A stretch of 55,781 nucleotides of DNA, filler included, from an uncultured bacterium (lineage in GTDB: Bacteria > DYJV01), in NCBI GenBank assembly GCA_964543655.1. It is 6 parts of 5 records of this genome, joined end to end, with 100 filler letters (N's around TTAATTAATTAA, not from the genome) between each part and the next. Parts side by side here need not be neighbours in the genome. Positions count along the whole stretch, not along the records: positions 17,232 to 20,576 come from CAZIZE010000097.1; positions 20,677 to 38,907 come from CAZIZE010000098.1; 4 more parts are not named here. One strand, written 5' to 3'. The notes below the pieces were generated by a model. The model made no database searches, was not told where the DNA came from, and saw only the letters and a list, made by a program, of their open reading frames with translations. The number at the start of each line of letters is the position of its first letter. Positions within the stretch are counted from its first letter, which is position 1. Below are positions 20,201 to 28,901 of the stretch, piece by piece. The translations under genes were made by a program, and so were the position numbers.

Positions 20201-20576
20201 TAAATCTTTTTATTATCAGGTTGTAAATGAAGAAACAAATTCAAATAATTTAACAACTTCAACAATCCAATTCATCCCTCAATACCTACAAAACAACCAA
20301 TTCAAAATCAATTGGCAAATAGAAAATGCAAAATCAGTAATATTTGATTATTCTTTTGATAAAACAAATTGGAAAAGATTTGATTTTATAAATTTAATAA
20401 CTTCAAGCAAAACTGAAAGTAGCAAGATTATAGAAGAAGCAAAAAATTATGAAAAGATATATTTTAGAGCAAATGTATTAGACAAAAATGGTAATCATAC
20501 TTATAAAACAAAAGAGTTATATTATATGCCTAAAAAAGAGTATGTTGAAAAAGCAACTGAAATTCCTGCAAAAACA
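17232..20576 (+). CDS. Fragment of a very large protein: C-terminal part of an S8 subtilase domain, helical region, SLH-like repeats and a beta-rich C-terminal region (both ends truncated)
   Basis: Frame is open from the contig edge: AGYNYVVAVGSLDRKTGKRAIYSNYG...YGTSEASAVVSG (S8 catalytic-Ser motif at 17385). SLH-like segments at about 19290-19830 (PINRKDF, IINGD...VNRATAMAIV, GIIVG...LTYNGAITIALR). Confidence 0.65.
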
Positions 20577-20676
20577 NNNNNNNNNNNNNNNNNNNNNNNN
20601 NNNNNNNNNNNNNNNNNNNNTTAATTAATTAANNNNNNNNNNNNNNNNNNNNNNNNNNNNNNNNNNNNNNNNNNNN
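20577..20676. other. Artificial contig linker
   Basis: N-TTAATTAATTAA-N. Confidence 0.98.
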
Positions 20677-20685
20677 CAAATTATT

Positions 20686-21960
20686 TTATTTCATTAATGA
20701 TGGCAGAAACATAGTAATTGGAGACCAGAATGAGATTATTAAAAGGTCAAAGATTAAAGCCACAAGAAAAGGTAAAATTGCTCTACTAACTTCAATTATA
20801 GAATTCCTTGAAATTCCACATGATACAATCAGACAAATTCCAAGTGGTGGGGTAAGCATTCCAATAGCAAGGTTAGTAACCACAATAACACCCATTTGAA
20901 TAGGGTCTATTCCAAGTTTTGGTACTATTGGCATTATTATTGGCACAAGTAAAATCAATGAAACAGTTGTTTCAACAAAAGTGCCAGCTATTAATAGTAT
21001 GAAATTTATGAGAAGCAGTATTAAGATAGGATTGTTTGTCAAGCCTAAAATTTTACTACCAATAAGCTGAGGGATATTTTCCATAGTGATTATCCAGCCA
21101 AAAATAGAAGCAGTTGAAATTATAAATAAAATAATTGATGCAAGCACAGCAGAATCAATAAGTAATTTGGGCATATCTTTAAAAGTGAGCTCTTTATAAA
21201 TAAATTTTCCCACAACAAATCCATAAATTACTGCAACAGCAGCAGCTTCAGTAGCAGTAAAAACTCCACCTAAAATACCTCCAAGAATAATAATTGGAGC
21301 ACCAAGTGACCAGAAAGCTTCTTTAAATGTTTTAAAAACATTTTTTAAAGAAAATGATACTGCACTACCGTAACCATATTTGGTTGAAATGAAAATAGCA
21401 ACAAGTATTAATGAAAATCCCATTAAAATTCCAGGGAAAATACCAGCAGCAAATAGCTTGGATATAGAGGTGCCAGTAATAAAGCCATATATTATCATTG
21501 GAATACTTGGAGGAATAATAACTCCAATTGAACCGCCAGATGCCTGAATAGCTGCTGAAAAACTATCTTTATAGCCTCTTTGAATCATAGCAGGAATAAG
21601 CAGTGCTCCAACCGCAGCAGTATCAGCAGCAGCAGAGCCTGAAATACCGGCAAAAAACATACTTGCAACAACTGCAACTGCTGCAAGACCTCCAGGTAAC
21701 CAACCAACAAGAGCTTCAGCAAAGTTCACTATTCTTTTGGAAATACCACCTACATCCATTAAAGCACCTGCAAGCATAAAGAGAGGCACTGCCATTAGAG
21801 GAAAAGAATCTACAGCATTAACCATTCTTTGCGTTACCATTATCAGAGGAAAATCTGTAAAAAATAGCAGAGTGAAAATAGAGGATATTGCAATAGCAAG
21901 AAAAATTGGAGCATTTATTAAAAATAGAACTATTAAGAAAATTATTAAAAATACACTCAT
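20686..21960 (-). CDS. dctM: TRAP transporter large permease
   Basis: Motifs AVPLFMLAG, GISGSAAAD, IIPPSIP, FTATEAAA and LTPPLG. Confidence 0.95.
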   Translation of the reverse strand: MSVFLIIFLIVLFLINAPIFLAIAISSIFTLLFFTDFPLIMVTQRMVNAVDSFPLMAVPLFMLAGALMDVGGISKRIVNFAEALVGWLPGGLAAVAVVASMFFAGISGSAAADTAAVGALLIPAMIQRGYKDSFSAAIQASGGSIGVIIPPSIPMIIYGFITGTSISKLFAAGIFPGILMGFSLILVAIFISTKYGYGSAVSFSLKNVFKTFKEAFWSLGAPIIILGGILGGVFTATEAAAVAVIYGFVVGKFIYKELTFKDMPKLLIDSAVLASIILFIISTASIFGWIITMENIPQLIGSKILGLTNNPILILLLINFILLIAGTFVETTVSLILLVPIIMPIVPKLGIDPIQMGVIVVTNLAIGMLTPPLGICLIVSCGISRNSIIEVSRAILPFLVALIFDLLIISFWSPITMFLPSLMK

Positions 21961-22431
21961 TTATTTACTCTTTTTAAAAAATTCAATAAAATTTGCAAAA
22001 AAATGTAAAAGCATTAAAAAACCACCTACACAAATTGATGCATAAGGAATTGTCATTGGCATTAAAAGAGCCGCAGATTTTTGGAATCTTGCAAAATATG
22101 CAAATTTGTAGCCAAAGTAGCATATTATTGCGGCAAAAAAGATTCCAAGTATAATTATTATGAAATCAAGAATTTTCCTAAAAATTCCAGAGGTTCTATT
22201 GTATAAAAAGTCAATACCAATATGTGCAAATCGCTTTACCCCAACAGAAGCACCTAAAAAAGTTATCCAGATTAACAGGTATCTTCCAACCTCTTCTGAC
22301 CAGTATAGTGAATGGTTAAATACATACCTGCATATAACCTGGCCAAAAATTATAACAGAGATAGCAGCCATTAAAATCATTACCACTATCTCTGTTATTT
22401 TATTGAGTAAATTGCTAAATTTTTGAATCAT
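21961..22431 (-). CDS. dctQ: TRAP transporter small permease
   Basis: Motif QVICRY...WSEEVGRYLLIWITFLG..., then HIGID. Confidence 0.93.
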   Translation of the reverse strand: MIQKFSNLLNKITEIVVMILMAAISVIIFGQVICRYVFNHSLYWSEEVGRYLLIWITFLGASVGVKRFAHIGIDFLYNRTSGIFRKILDFIIIILGIFFAAIICYFGYKFAYFARFQKSAALLMPMTIPYASICVGGFLMLLHFFANFIEFFKKSK

Positions 22432-22435
22432 ACTA

Positions 22436-23404
22436 CTACTTTACAGCATTAAGAAGTCTATCTACAAGCTTTGCACCAATTGTTTTTTTAGCATCATCAT
22501 ACATTGGAGCTATTTTTTTTCTAAAACTATTAATATCTGGATGCTCATCAACAATCATTCCCATTTTAATTAAATGTTTTAAAAATTTTGCATTGTTATC
22601 TCTATTCCATTTTCTTTCATAATTTGATGCAATTGCTGCTGCTTTTAAGAACAATTGCTGGTCTTTTTTGGAAAGAGAATTAAATTTGTTAAGATTCATA
22701 ATAAATACAAGTGGTGAATATACGTGTCTTGTTAAAGATAGATATTTTTGTACTTCGTAAAGTTTATATTTGTCAATAACCCAGAGTGGATTTTCTTGGC
22801 CATCAATGGTACCTTGCTGAAGAGCTGTGTTAATAGGCCATCCCATTGGTGTAGGATTAGCACCTAACATTCTCCATAATTTAACGTGCATTGGAGCAGC
22901 CATTGTTCTAATTTTTAATCCTTTAACATCTGCAACAGTATGAACAGGTCTTACGTTGTTTGTAAGGTTTCTAAAGCCATTTTCAAGAAAATGTAGCCCT
23001 TTGAAACCCTGTTTTTCAAGAGACTTTAACACTTCCTGACCAATTGGACCATCCAAAATTTCATCTGCCTGTTTATAATCTTTGAAAATAAAAGGTAGAT
23101 CAAAGAGCTGAATTTTTTTGTTAAAATTACCAATTGGTCCTGATGTAATTACACCGAGATCAACAGTACCAAGCTGAATTTGTTGTAAAATTGAGCTTTC
23201 ATTACCTAATGATGCACTGTGGTAAATTTTGAATTTAAATCTACCATTTGATTCTTTCTCAACAATTTCTTTAAATTTTTTACAGGCAATATAGTGACCA
23301 GATTGAGGTGTTGTAACAATACCGATTTTCATTTTAACAGCACCTGATAGAGAAAGAGTCATTGCAAAAATAATTGCAACTACAAATAAAAGTAACCTTT
23401 TCAT
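22436..23404 (-). CDS. dctP: TRAP transporter substrate-binding protein
   Basis: Signal peptide, then NGFRNL, GLKIRT and LQQGTIDGQEN. Confidence 0.95.
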   Translation of the reverse strand: MKRLLLFVVAIIFAMTLSLSGAVKMKIGIVTTPQSGHYIACKKFKEIVEKESNGRFKFKIYHSASLGNESSILQQIQLGTVDLGVITSGPIGNFNKKIQLFDLPFIFKDYKQADEILDGPIGQEVLKSLEKQGFKGLHFLENGFRNLTNNVRPVHTVADVKGLKIRTMAAPMHVKLWRMLGANPTPMGWPINTALQQGTIDGQENPLWVIDKYKLYEVQKYLSLTRHVYSPLVFIMNLNKFNSLSKKDQQLFLKAAAIASNYERKWNRDNNAKFLKHLIKMGMIVDEHPDINSFRKKIAPMYDDAKKTIGAKLVDRLLNAVK

Positions 23405-23492
23405 TGTAACCCTCCTTTAAATTTTGGTAACACTAAAAATTATTTTTACTACAGTTTTTTAATGTTGTCAAACACTTTTTTAATATTAGTAA

Positions 23493-23819
23493 TCATAATG
23501 AACTTTTGTTATTTTTATAATATTTAAAAATAATATAAAAAGTTAAGGCTCCTGCACTATTGGATAGAATATCTCCAACAGAAAAGCTCCGCCATGGGAT
23601 AAAATATTGTATTATTTCTATTAAAATGCCGTAAATAATAGCAGAAACAACAAAATGTTTACATTTTATAAGGTAAAATGAAAAAGCAGATAATATATAT
23701 AAAAAGAAATGTACAACTTTATCAGATTCTTCTGGTAGATTTGATGTATTTACCTTTATAACTGATAGAATGAAAATAGTTATTAAAAATAAGTAGCCTA
23801 AATATTTAGAATTATTCAT
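23493..23819 (-). CDS. VanZ-family membrane protein
   Basis: Motifs DKVVHFFLY and EIIQYFIPWRSFSVGDILSN. Confidence 0.85.
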   Translation of the reverse strand: MNNSKYLGYLFLITIFILSVIKVNTSNLPEESDKVVHFFLYILSAFSFYLIKCKHFVVSAIIYGILIEIIQYFIPWRSFSVGDILSNSAGALTFYIIFKYYKNNKSSL

Positions 23820-25044
23820 AGTAAAAATTGCTATCAAAAATAGCTACTGTAACTTTGTCACCTTTTTTTACAAATGGCTCGCCTTCGTCAATAATAATAA
23901 AGCAGTTGCCTTTTTTCATTGATGATAAAATACCTGAACCTTGCGCACCTGTAGTTGTAACAAAGAATTTATTATCTTTTAAATGGAGAATACCTCTTAT
24001 AAATTCACATCTAACATCTTTTCTTTTTATATTATCTTGAAGGATGGCTTTGAATCTTCTAAGAAAGAGCTCTTTTTTCCCTGACATTTTTCTAATTGCA
24101 GGTAAGATAAAGTTGTAAAAGCTTGACATTGTAGAAACTGGATTGCCCGGGATACCAAAAAATAGAGTTTTGCCCTTTTTAGCAAAAAATAGAGGCTTGC
24201 CAGGTTTTACTCTAACTCTCCAAAAAATAGGCTCAAAGCCAAGTTCAATAATAATATCTTTGACAAAATCGTATTCTCCCATTGACACTCCACCTGTTGA
24301 AAGTATAATATCAGAGTTGAGAGAATTTTTTATTTTTTCTTTTAAAATTTCTGGATTATCATCAATAATTTCTGAAAAGCAGGCATTAAGCCCCTGCTGA
24401 CTTAGCATTGCTCTCAAAGTAAAGCCGTTGGAGTTTCGTATTTTACCTTTAGATAGTTCTTCATCAATATCAACAATTTCATCACCAGTTACAAGGACTG
24501 ATACAACAGGTTGCTTAAAAACTTTTATATAACTCCTGCCAAATGAAGATAAAATCCCAAAAACAGCAGGAGTAATAGTGGTACCATTTTTTATAACTTT
24601 TTCACCTTTTTTTATATCCTCTCCTGCTTTTCTTAGATCATTGTTCTCTTTTATATGCTCAAAAATATAGACAAAATTATTCTCCTCTTTTGTAATTTCT
24701 TTCCTTGCAATACAATTTGCACCTTCTGGCACTTTAGCGCCTGTCATTATTTTAACAGCTTCTCCCTTGCCAACTGATTTGTTAAAAAGAGAGCCTGCTG
24801 AAACTGTACCTAAAATTTTTAGTTTAACAGGATTATTTTCACTGGCACCAACTGTATCTTCACTTCGTAGAGCAAAACCATCCATAGCAGAATTATCATA
24901 TGGTGGGATATTGTATGAAGCAATAATATCTTCAGCTATTGTCCTATTTAATGCATCTGATAGAAATATTTTTTCAGTTGTAAGTGTCTCGCTATTTTGA
25001 AGTATAAGCTTAATTGCTTCTTTAACTGATATGTCTTTAAGCAT
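23812..25044 (-). CDS. moeA: Molybdopterin molybdotransferase
   Basis: Motifs SAMDGFA, IMTGA, TGDEI, TGGVSMGEYD, KPGKP and PGNPVS. Confidence 0.95.
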   Translation of the reverse strand: MLKDISVKEAIKLILQNSETLTTEKIFLSDALNRTIAEDIIASYNIPPYDNSAMDGFALRSEDTVGASENNPVKLKILGTVSAGSLFNKSVGKGEAVKIMTGAKVPEGANCIARKEITKEENNFVYIFEHIKENNDLRKAGEDIKKGEKVIKNGTTITPAVFGILSSFGRSYIKVFKQPVVSVLVTGDEIVDIDEELSKGKIRNSNGFTLRAMLSQQGLNACFSEIIDDNPEILKEKIKNSLNSDIILSTGGVSMGEYDFVKDIIIELGFEPIFWRVRVKPGKPLFFAKKGKTLFFGIPGNPVSTMSSFYNFILPAIRKMSGKKELFLRRFKAILQDNIKRKDVRCEFIRGILHLKDNKFFVTTTGAQGSGILSSMKKGNCFIIIDEGEPFVKKGDKVTVAIFDSNFYYE

Positions 25045-26421
25045 CTATTTCCCCTCAATTATTATTTTACCTCTTTTATTATTTCCGCCCATAACAAAAA
25101 CTTTCTGAGTTGAAACAAAGTATATAATCTCTTTTCCTGTTACTATGCTGTTGCCATCTTTGAGAACAGGATTGCCATACATGGTTATTTTATTTTCTGG
25201 GACATAGTATACAATTCTATCTGCCCGTCCCTCTTTAGTAAGGTAGTAAAGTTCAACTCCATCTATAGCCTCTACTTTGTAAATGTTTTTGTTTTTCTTA
25301 TTTAAATAAGCAATTAATTTATCACACTTTATAACCAGGTCTTCTCTTGTAACAACTACGCCACCCTGAAAAACAACCTTCTGGCCATTGTCAAGGTAAT
25401 CCACTTCATTTGCAGAAACATTAACAGGTATTTTATTCTCTTCTCCCTCTTCACGAGATATATCTTCACTCTTTTTATACTCTTTCTTTATTGTCTCTGA
25501 GGTTTTTAAAGTTACAAGGGTTCTCTTTTTTTCTGATAATAGTTTCAAATCGTATGCAAAGCTTGAAGAAGGTGGGTATGCAAACTCTTTTCTCCCAGGT
25601 GAATAATATTTGTCATTAACATCTTCTTCATCCATAAAGTAATATTCTTTTATTCGTGCCCATAAATTGAATCTATCTTTTACAGGATGTTTTATTAATT
25701 TTTTTGCTCTATAAGTATACCTGCTTGCAGGGTAAATCTTTACTAATTGCTTTAATATGTTAATACCTTTATCTTTTTTTCCAATATCAATGTAAGATTT
25801 TCCAAGATAATACATTACTTTGTCATCAATAAAGCCGGGGTAAAGTCTTAAAATTTTTTCAAATCTTGCAATTGAAGCTTTGTATCTCTCCTGCTTAAAA
25901 TAGAAATATCCAATATAAAAGTTATTTTTTGCAATTTTTCTTTTACATTCATGAATTCTATGCAGGGCAACTGTAACAAACCTGCTTCTTGGAAATCTTT
26001 TAATTAAATATGAGAAATATTTCAATGCTTCATGGAGTTTTGATTGATCCCTGTCAATAGTGGAAATCTGTTTATATTGAATCATTCCAAGCTGATAATA
26101 AGCATATGGGACTAATTTATTTTTTGGATGAAGTTTTATAAATTCAAGGTAAGCATTTTCTGCTTCTATATATTTTTCTGCTTTGTATAAGCTATCGCAA
26201 TATTTAATTTCTACTTCAAGAATTCTTTTGTCAAAAGGGAACCTATTTTTAAATTCAAGGAATTTTTCAGAGGCTTTTTCATATTTTCCCCTGTTATAAA
26301 GAGAAATAGCTTCATTATACAAAGGATCTGGCTCAACAACTTGAGGGATGTTTTTTTTGGAGCAGCTAATGAAGATAGTAATAAAAAGTAAAAAAAATAG
26401 AATGAATTTATATTTTTTCAA
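25045..26421 (-). CDS. bamD: BamD (TPR lipoprotein) fused to a C-terminal LptA/OstA-like beta-jellyroll domain
   Basis: Lipobox FISC, then BamD-type TPRs (FKNRFP, FIKLHP, IDRDQ, IGYFYFKQERYKASIARF). Residues about 330-458 follow the LptA pattern PVNVSANE...VVFQGGVVVT...IKCDKL...GNPVLKDG...TGKEI. Confidence 0.85.
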   Translation of the reverse strand: MKKYKFILFFLLFITIFISCSKKNIPQVVEPDPLYNEAISLYNRGKYEKASEKFLEFKNRFPFDKRILEVEIKYCDSLYKAEKYIEAENAYLEFIKLHPKNKLVPYAYYQLGMIQYKQISTIDRDQSKLHEALKYFSYLIKRFPRSRFVTVALHRIHECKRKIAKNNFYIGYFYFKQERYKASIARFEKILRLYPGFIDDKVMYYLGKSYIDIGKKDKGINILKQLVKIYPASRYTYRAKKLIKHPVKDRFNLWARIKEYYFMDEEDVNDKYYSPGRKEFAYPPSSSFAYDLKLLSEKKRTLVTLKTSETIKKEYKKSEDISREEGEENKIPVNVSANEVDYLDNGQKVVFQGGVVVTREDLVIKCDKLIAYLNKKNKNIYKVEAIDGVELYYLTKEGRADRIVYYVPENKITMYGNPVLKDGNSIVTGKEIIYFVSTQKVFVMGGNNKRGKIIIEGK

Positions 26422-26438
26422 TCAAAATCTCCTTGATG

Positions 26439-26957
26439 TTATAAAATTTCTTTGAAAATTATCTCTTTAAGCTCTTTCCTTTTTCTTTTTCTCTTTTTGT
26501 TGGTTTCTTTTGGATAACCAAGAGCAACCACTCCAAGTAGCTCAAGATTCTCAGGAGTTTGGAGTATATCTTCTACCTCTTTTCTTGCTTTTATAATTTC
26601 ACCAAGCCAAACTGCACCAAGACCTAATGTTTCAACAGCAATTAAAATATTTTCAACAGCAGCTCCCACACCCATAATATCTTTCTCCCTATGATATATA
26701 GATGATTTATCAAGGAAAAAGGGGATTAAAACAGGGGCTTCAAGAAAAATTCTTCTGTAATGTGAAAGATTGGCTATTTTCTCTTTTATCTCGTGATTTT
26801 TAATAATTATAAATTTCCAAGGTTGATTATTTAAACCAGAAGGTGCCCACCTTGCAGCTTCTAAAATTTTATAAATTAGCTCCATTTCAACATCTTTCTC
26901 CTGAAAGTGTCTTGTGCTCTTCCTTTTTAATAATATTTCATAGCAATTGTTTGTCAT
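26439..26957 (-). CDS. Nitroreductase family protein
   Basis: Motifs RKSTRHF, AARWAPSGLNNQPW and LGLGAVW. Confidence 0.92.
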   Translation of the reverse strand: MTNNCYEILLKRKSTRHFQEKDVEMELIYKILEAARWAPSGLNNQPWKFIIIKNHEIKEKIANLSHYRRIFLEAPVLIPFFLDKSSIYHREKDIMGVGAAVENILIAVETLGLGAVWLGEIIKARKEVEDILQTPENLELLGVVALGYPKETNKKRKRKRKELKEIIFKEIL

Positions 26958-26969
26958 AACAAGCTCCTT

Positions 26970-27191
26970 CTATAAATAAAAGTAGGCTTCTACTAAATTT
27001 TGTTCTAAATTCTTTTTAAATTCTTCAAGATTTTTTTCATTTATTGATACAGATACAAACCTATAACCTGGCTTAACAAATGGGTTTAATGCATTTATAG
27101 CTTCAACATAAACAGCTTTTCTATGTTCTGGTTTTGATCTGATTATATAATGTAAAATACTTTTATTTTTTATTTCAGAAAAATTTATCAT
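26970..27191 (-). CDS. Hypothetical protein
   Basis: 73-aa ORF overlapping the upstream stop by 4 nt, within a co-oriented run. Confidence 0.6.
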   Translation of the reverse strand: MINFSEIKNKSILHYIIRSKPEHRKAVYVEAINALNPFVKPGYRFVSVSINEKNLEEFKKNLEQNLVEAYFYL

Positions 27192-28183
27192 TTTTCTACC
27201 TCTATTCTATTTCCAGATTGCTTTGCTCTGTATAGAAGTTTATCGGCAATTTCTATATTTTTATCTTTGCTCAACCATGTTTTTATACTGCTGAGTCCAC
27301 CACTAATTGTAATTTTAATTTCTTTGTCATTATAGATAAATTTACCATTGGCTATTGTTTTTCGAATTCTTTCAGAAATGTAATAAGCAGTTTCTTTATT
27401 TAAATTTTTAAATAAAACTATAAACTCATCACCATAAATTCTTGCAACAATGTCTTCATCTCTTAAATTTTTCTTTAAAATCTCTGAAACTTTTTTTAAT
27501 ATTAGGTCTCCAGCAATATGACCAAAGGTATCATTTACTTTTTTAAAATTATCAATGTCAATAAAGAGAATATTTAACTTTTGTTCAAGCTTACTGAGTC
27601 TATCATAAACTTCATCAAACCCTCTTTTATTTAAAAGTCCTGTTAATTCATCAATGTAAACTTTCTCTTTTAATTCTTCAATCTGTTTGTCTTTTAATAA
27701 CTGGTTTTTTATTTCATCTTCAAGACGACCATTAATCTGATCAATTTTACTGTTGAGTTTGTTAATAAAACCAATAAATTTTTCAAAAAAGTTTTGAATT
27801 TCACCTTTCAGCTCTTCTCTATTACTATTTTCATCAAAACAATTTACCTTTTCTAAAATCTGTTTTGAATGCTTATCTATTTTACCAATTTCACTACTAA
27901 TTGTTTTTATATGCTCTCTAATATCGAGAAGAACTTTTTTAATATGTTCTGAAGACTCTTTATTGCAAAGAATAATTTTTAATTCTATTTTTGCAAAAAA
28001 ATCCTCTATTAATTTGTTAAATTCCTCTAAATTATCTTCTTGAAAATTCTCAAGAAATGATTTTATCTCATTGTAATCTGGGAAAGGTGTAATAAAATAT
28101 TTTTTGGTTAATTTATTAATTAGTAGGAAAGTATTTTTTAACACATTTTGAATATGGCTGCAATCTTTCATTTTTAACTCCAT
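27188..28183 (-). CDS. GGDEF-domain protein with coiled-coil N-terminus (active-site variant YGDEF)
   Basis: Motifs DELTGLLNKR, DIDNFKKVNDTFGH, RDED (RxxD I-site) and RIYGDEF. Confidence 0.92.
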   Translation of the reverse strand: MELKMKDCSHIQNVLKNTFLLINKLTKKYFITPFPDYNEIKSFLENFQEDNLEEFNKLIEDFFAKIELKIILCNKESSEHIKKVLLDIREHIKTISSEIGKIDKHSKQILEKVNCFDENSNREELKGEIQNFFEKFIGFINKLNSKIDQINGRLEDEIKNQLLKDKQIEELKEKVYIDELTGLLNKRGFDEVYDRLSKLEQKLNILFIDIDNFKKVNDTFGHIAGDLILKKVSEILKKNLRDEDIVARIYGDEFIVLFKNLNKETAYYISERIRKTIANGKFIYNDKEIKITISGGLSSIKTWLSKDKNIEIADKLLYRAKQSGNRIEVEK

Positions 28184-28192
28184 ATTAATAAC

Positions 28193-28816
28193 TTAAACAA
28201 AAAGCATTCTTTTGCTTAACATTTGTGATAGCACAACTATATCTTCCAATGATAGCATATCTTTTATGCTTGAATCAAATAAAAAATCAAGTGTTGATGA
28301 AAATTCTTCATCTCCTTCCCAGAAAATAACAGTAATATCTATTTTAGGGAATGCCTTTATTTTAAATGCAAAATCTCCCATTTCAATTTTTGATGCTTTT
28401 AATTTTTCTATTAAAATTTTTAAATCATTTGAGGTTTTATATTTTTCCAATAATGGAAGAATAGCTTTTTTTTGAAAAACAGGATAATAATTAAAAGCAC
28501 CAGGAATATGTTTGTAACTAACAAGTTCACCAGTGGGTTTTAGATAAGGATTGGCTTTTTCTATATAGTGTAAAATCATAATTTTAGTTGCAAGTGAAAC
28601 TATATTGGAGTTTTTTGCTGAGAAATTAAAATCTGGATAGGTTATTTCATACTGGTCATTAAATAATTTTATACTAAAATCAATTATTCCATTTTTATTG
28701 CTAATAATATTACAACCTGAAAATTTTATTTTATCAATAATGTCTGGGAAAGTTAATTTTCTCAAATTTTCCACAGCAATATTGTATGCAACTTCATAGC
28801 TTTTCTGCTTTTTCAT
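28193..28816 (-). CDS. DUF3786-family protein
   Basis: Motifs ILHY and AFPKIDITVIFWEGDEEF...LFD...LSLED. Confidence 0.8.
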   Translation of the reverse strand: MKKQKSYEVAYNIAVENLRKLTFPDIIDKIKFSGCNIISNKNGIIDFSIKLFNDQYEITYPDFNFSAKNSNIVSLATKIMILHYIEKANPYLKPTGELVSYKHIPGAFNYYPVFQKKAILPLLEKYKTSNDLKILIEKLKASKIEMGDFAFKIKAFPKIDITVIFWEGDEEFSSTLDFLFDSSIKDMLSLEDIVVLSQMLSKRMLFV

Positions 28817-28901
28817 AATAGGTTCTCTCCCTAATTATTTATAAAATATTAATTTTAAAAACTAATTGAATAAATTAACAATTTATGATAATTAAATTAA
28901 C

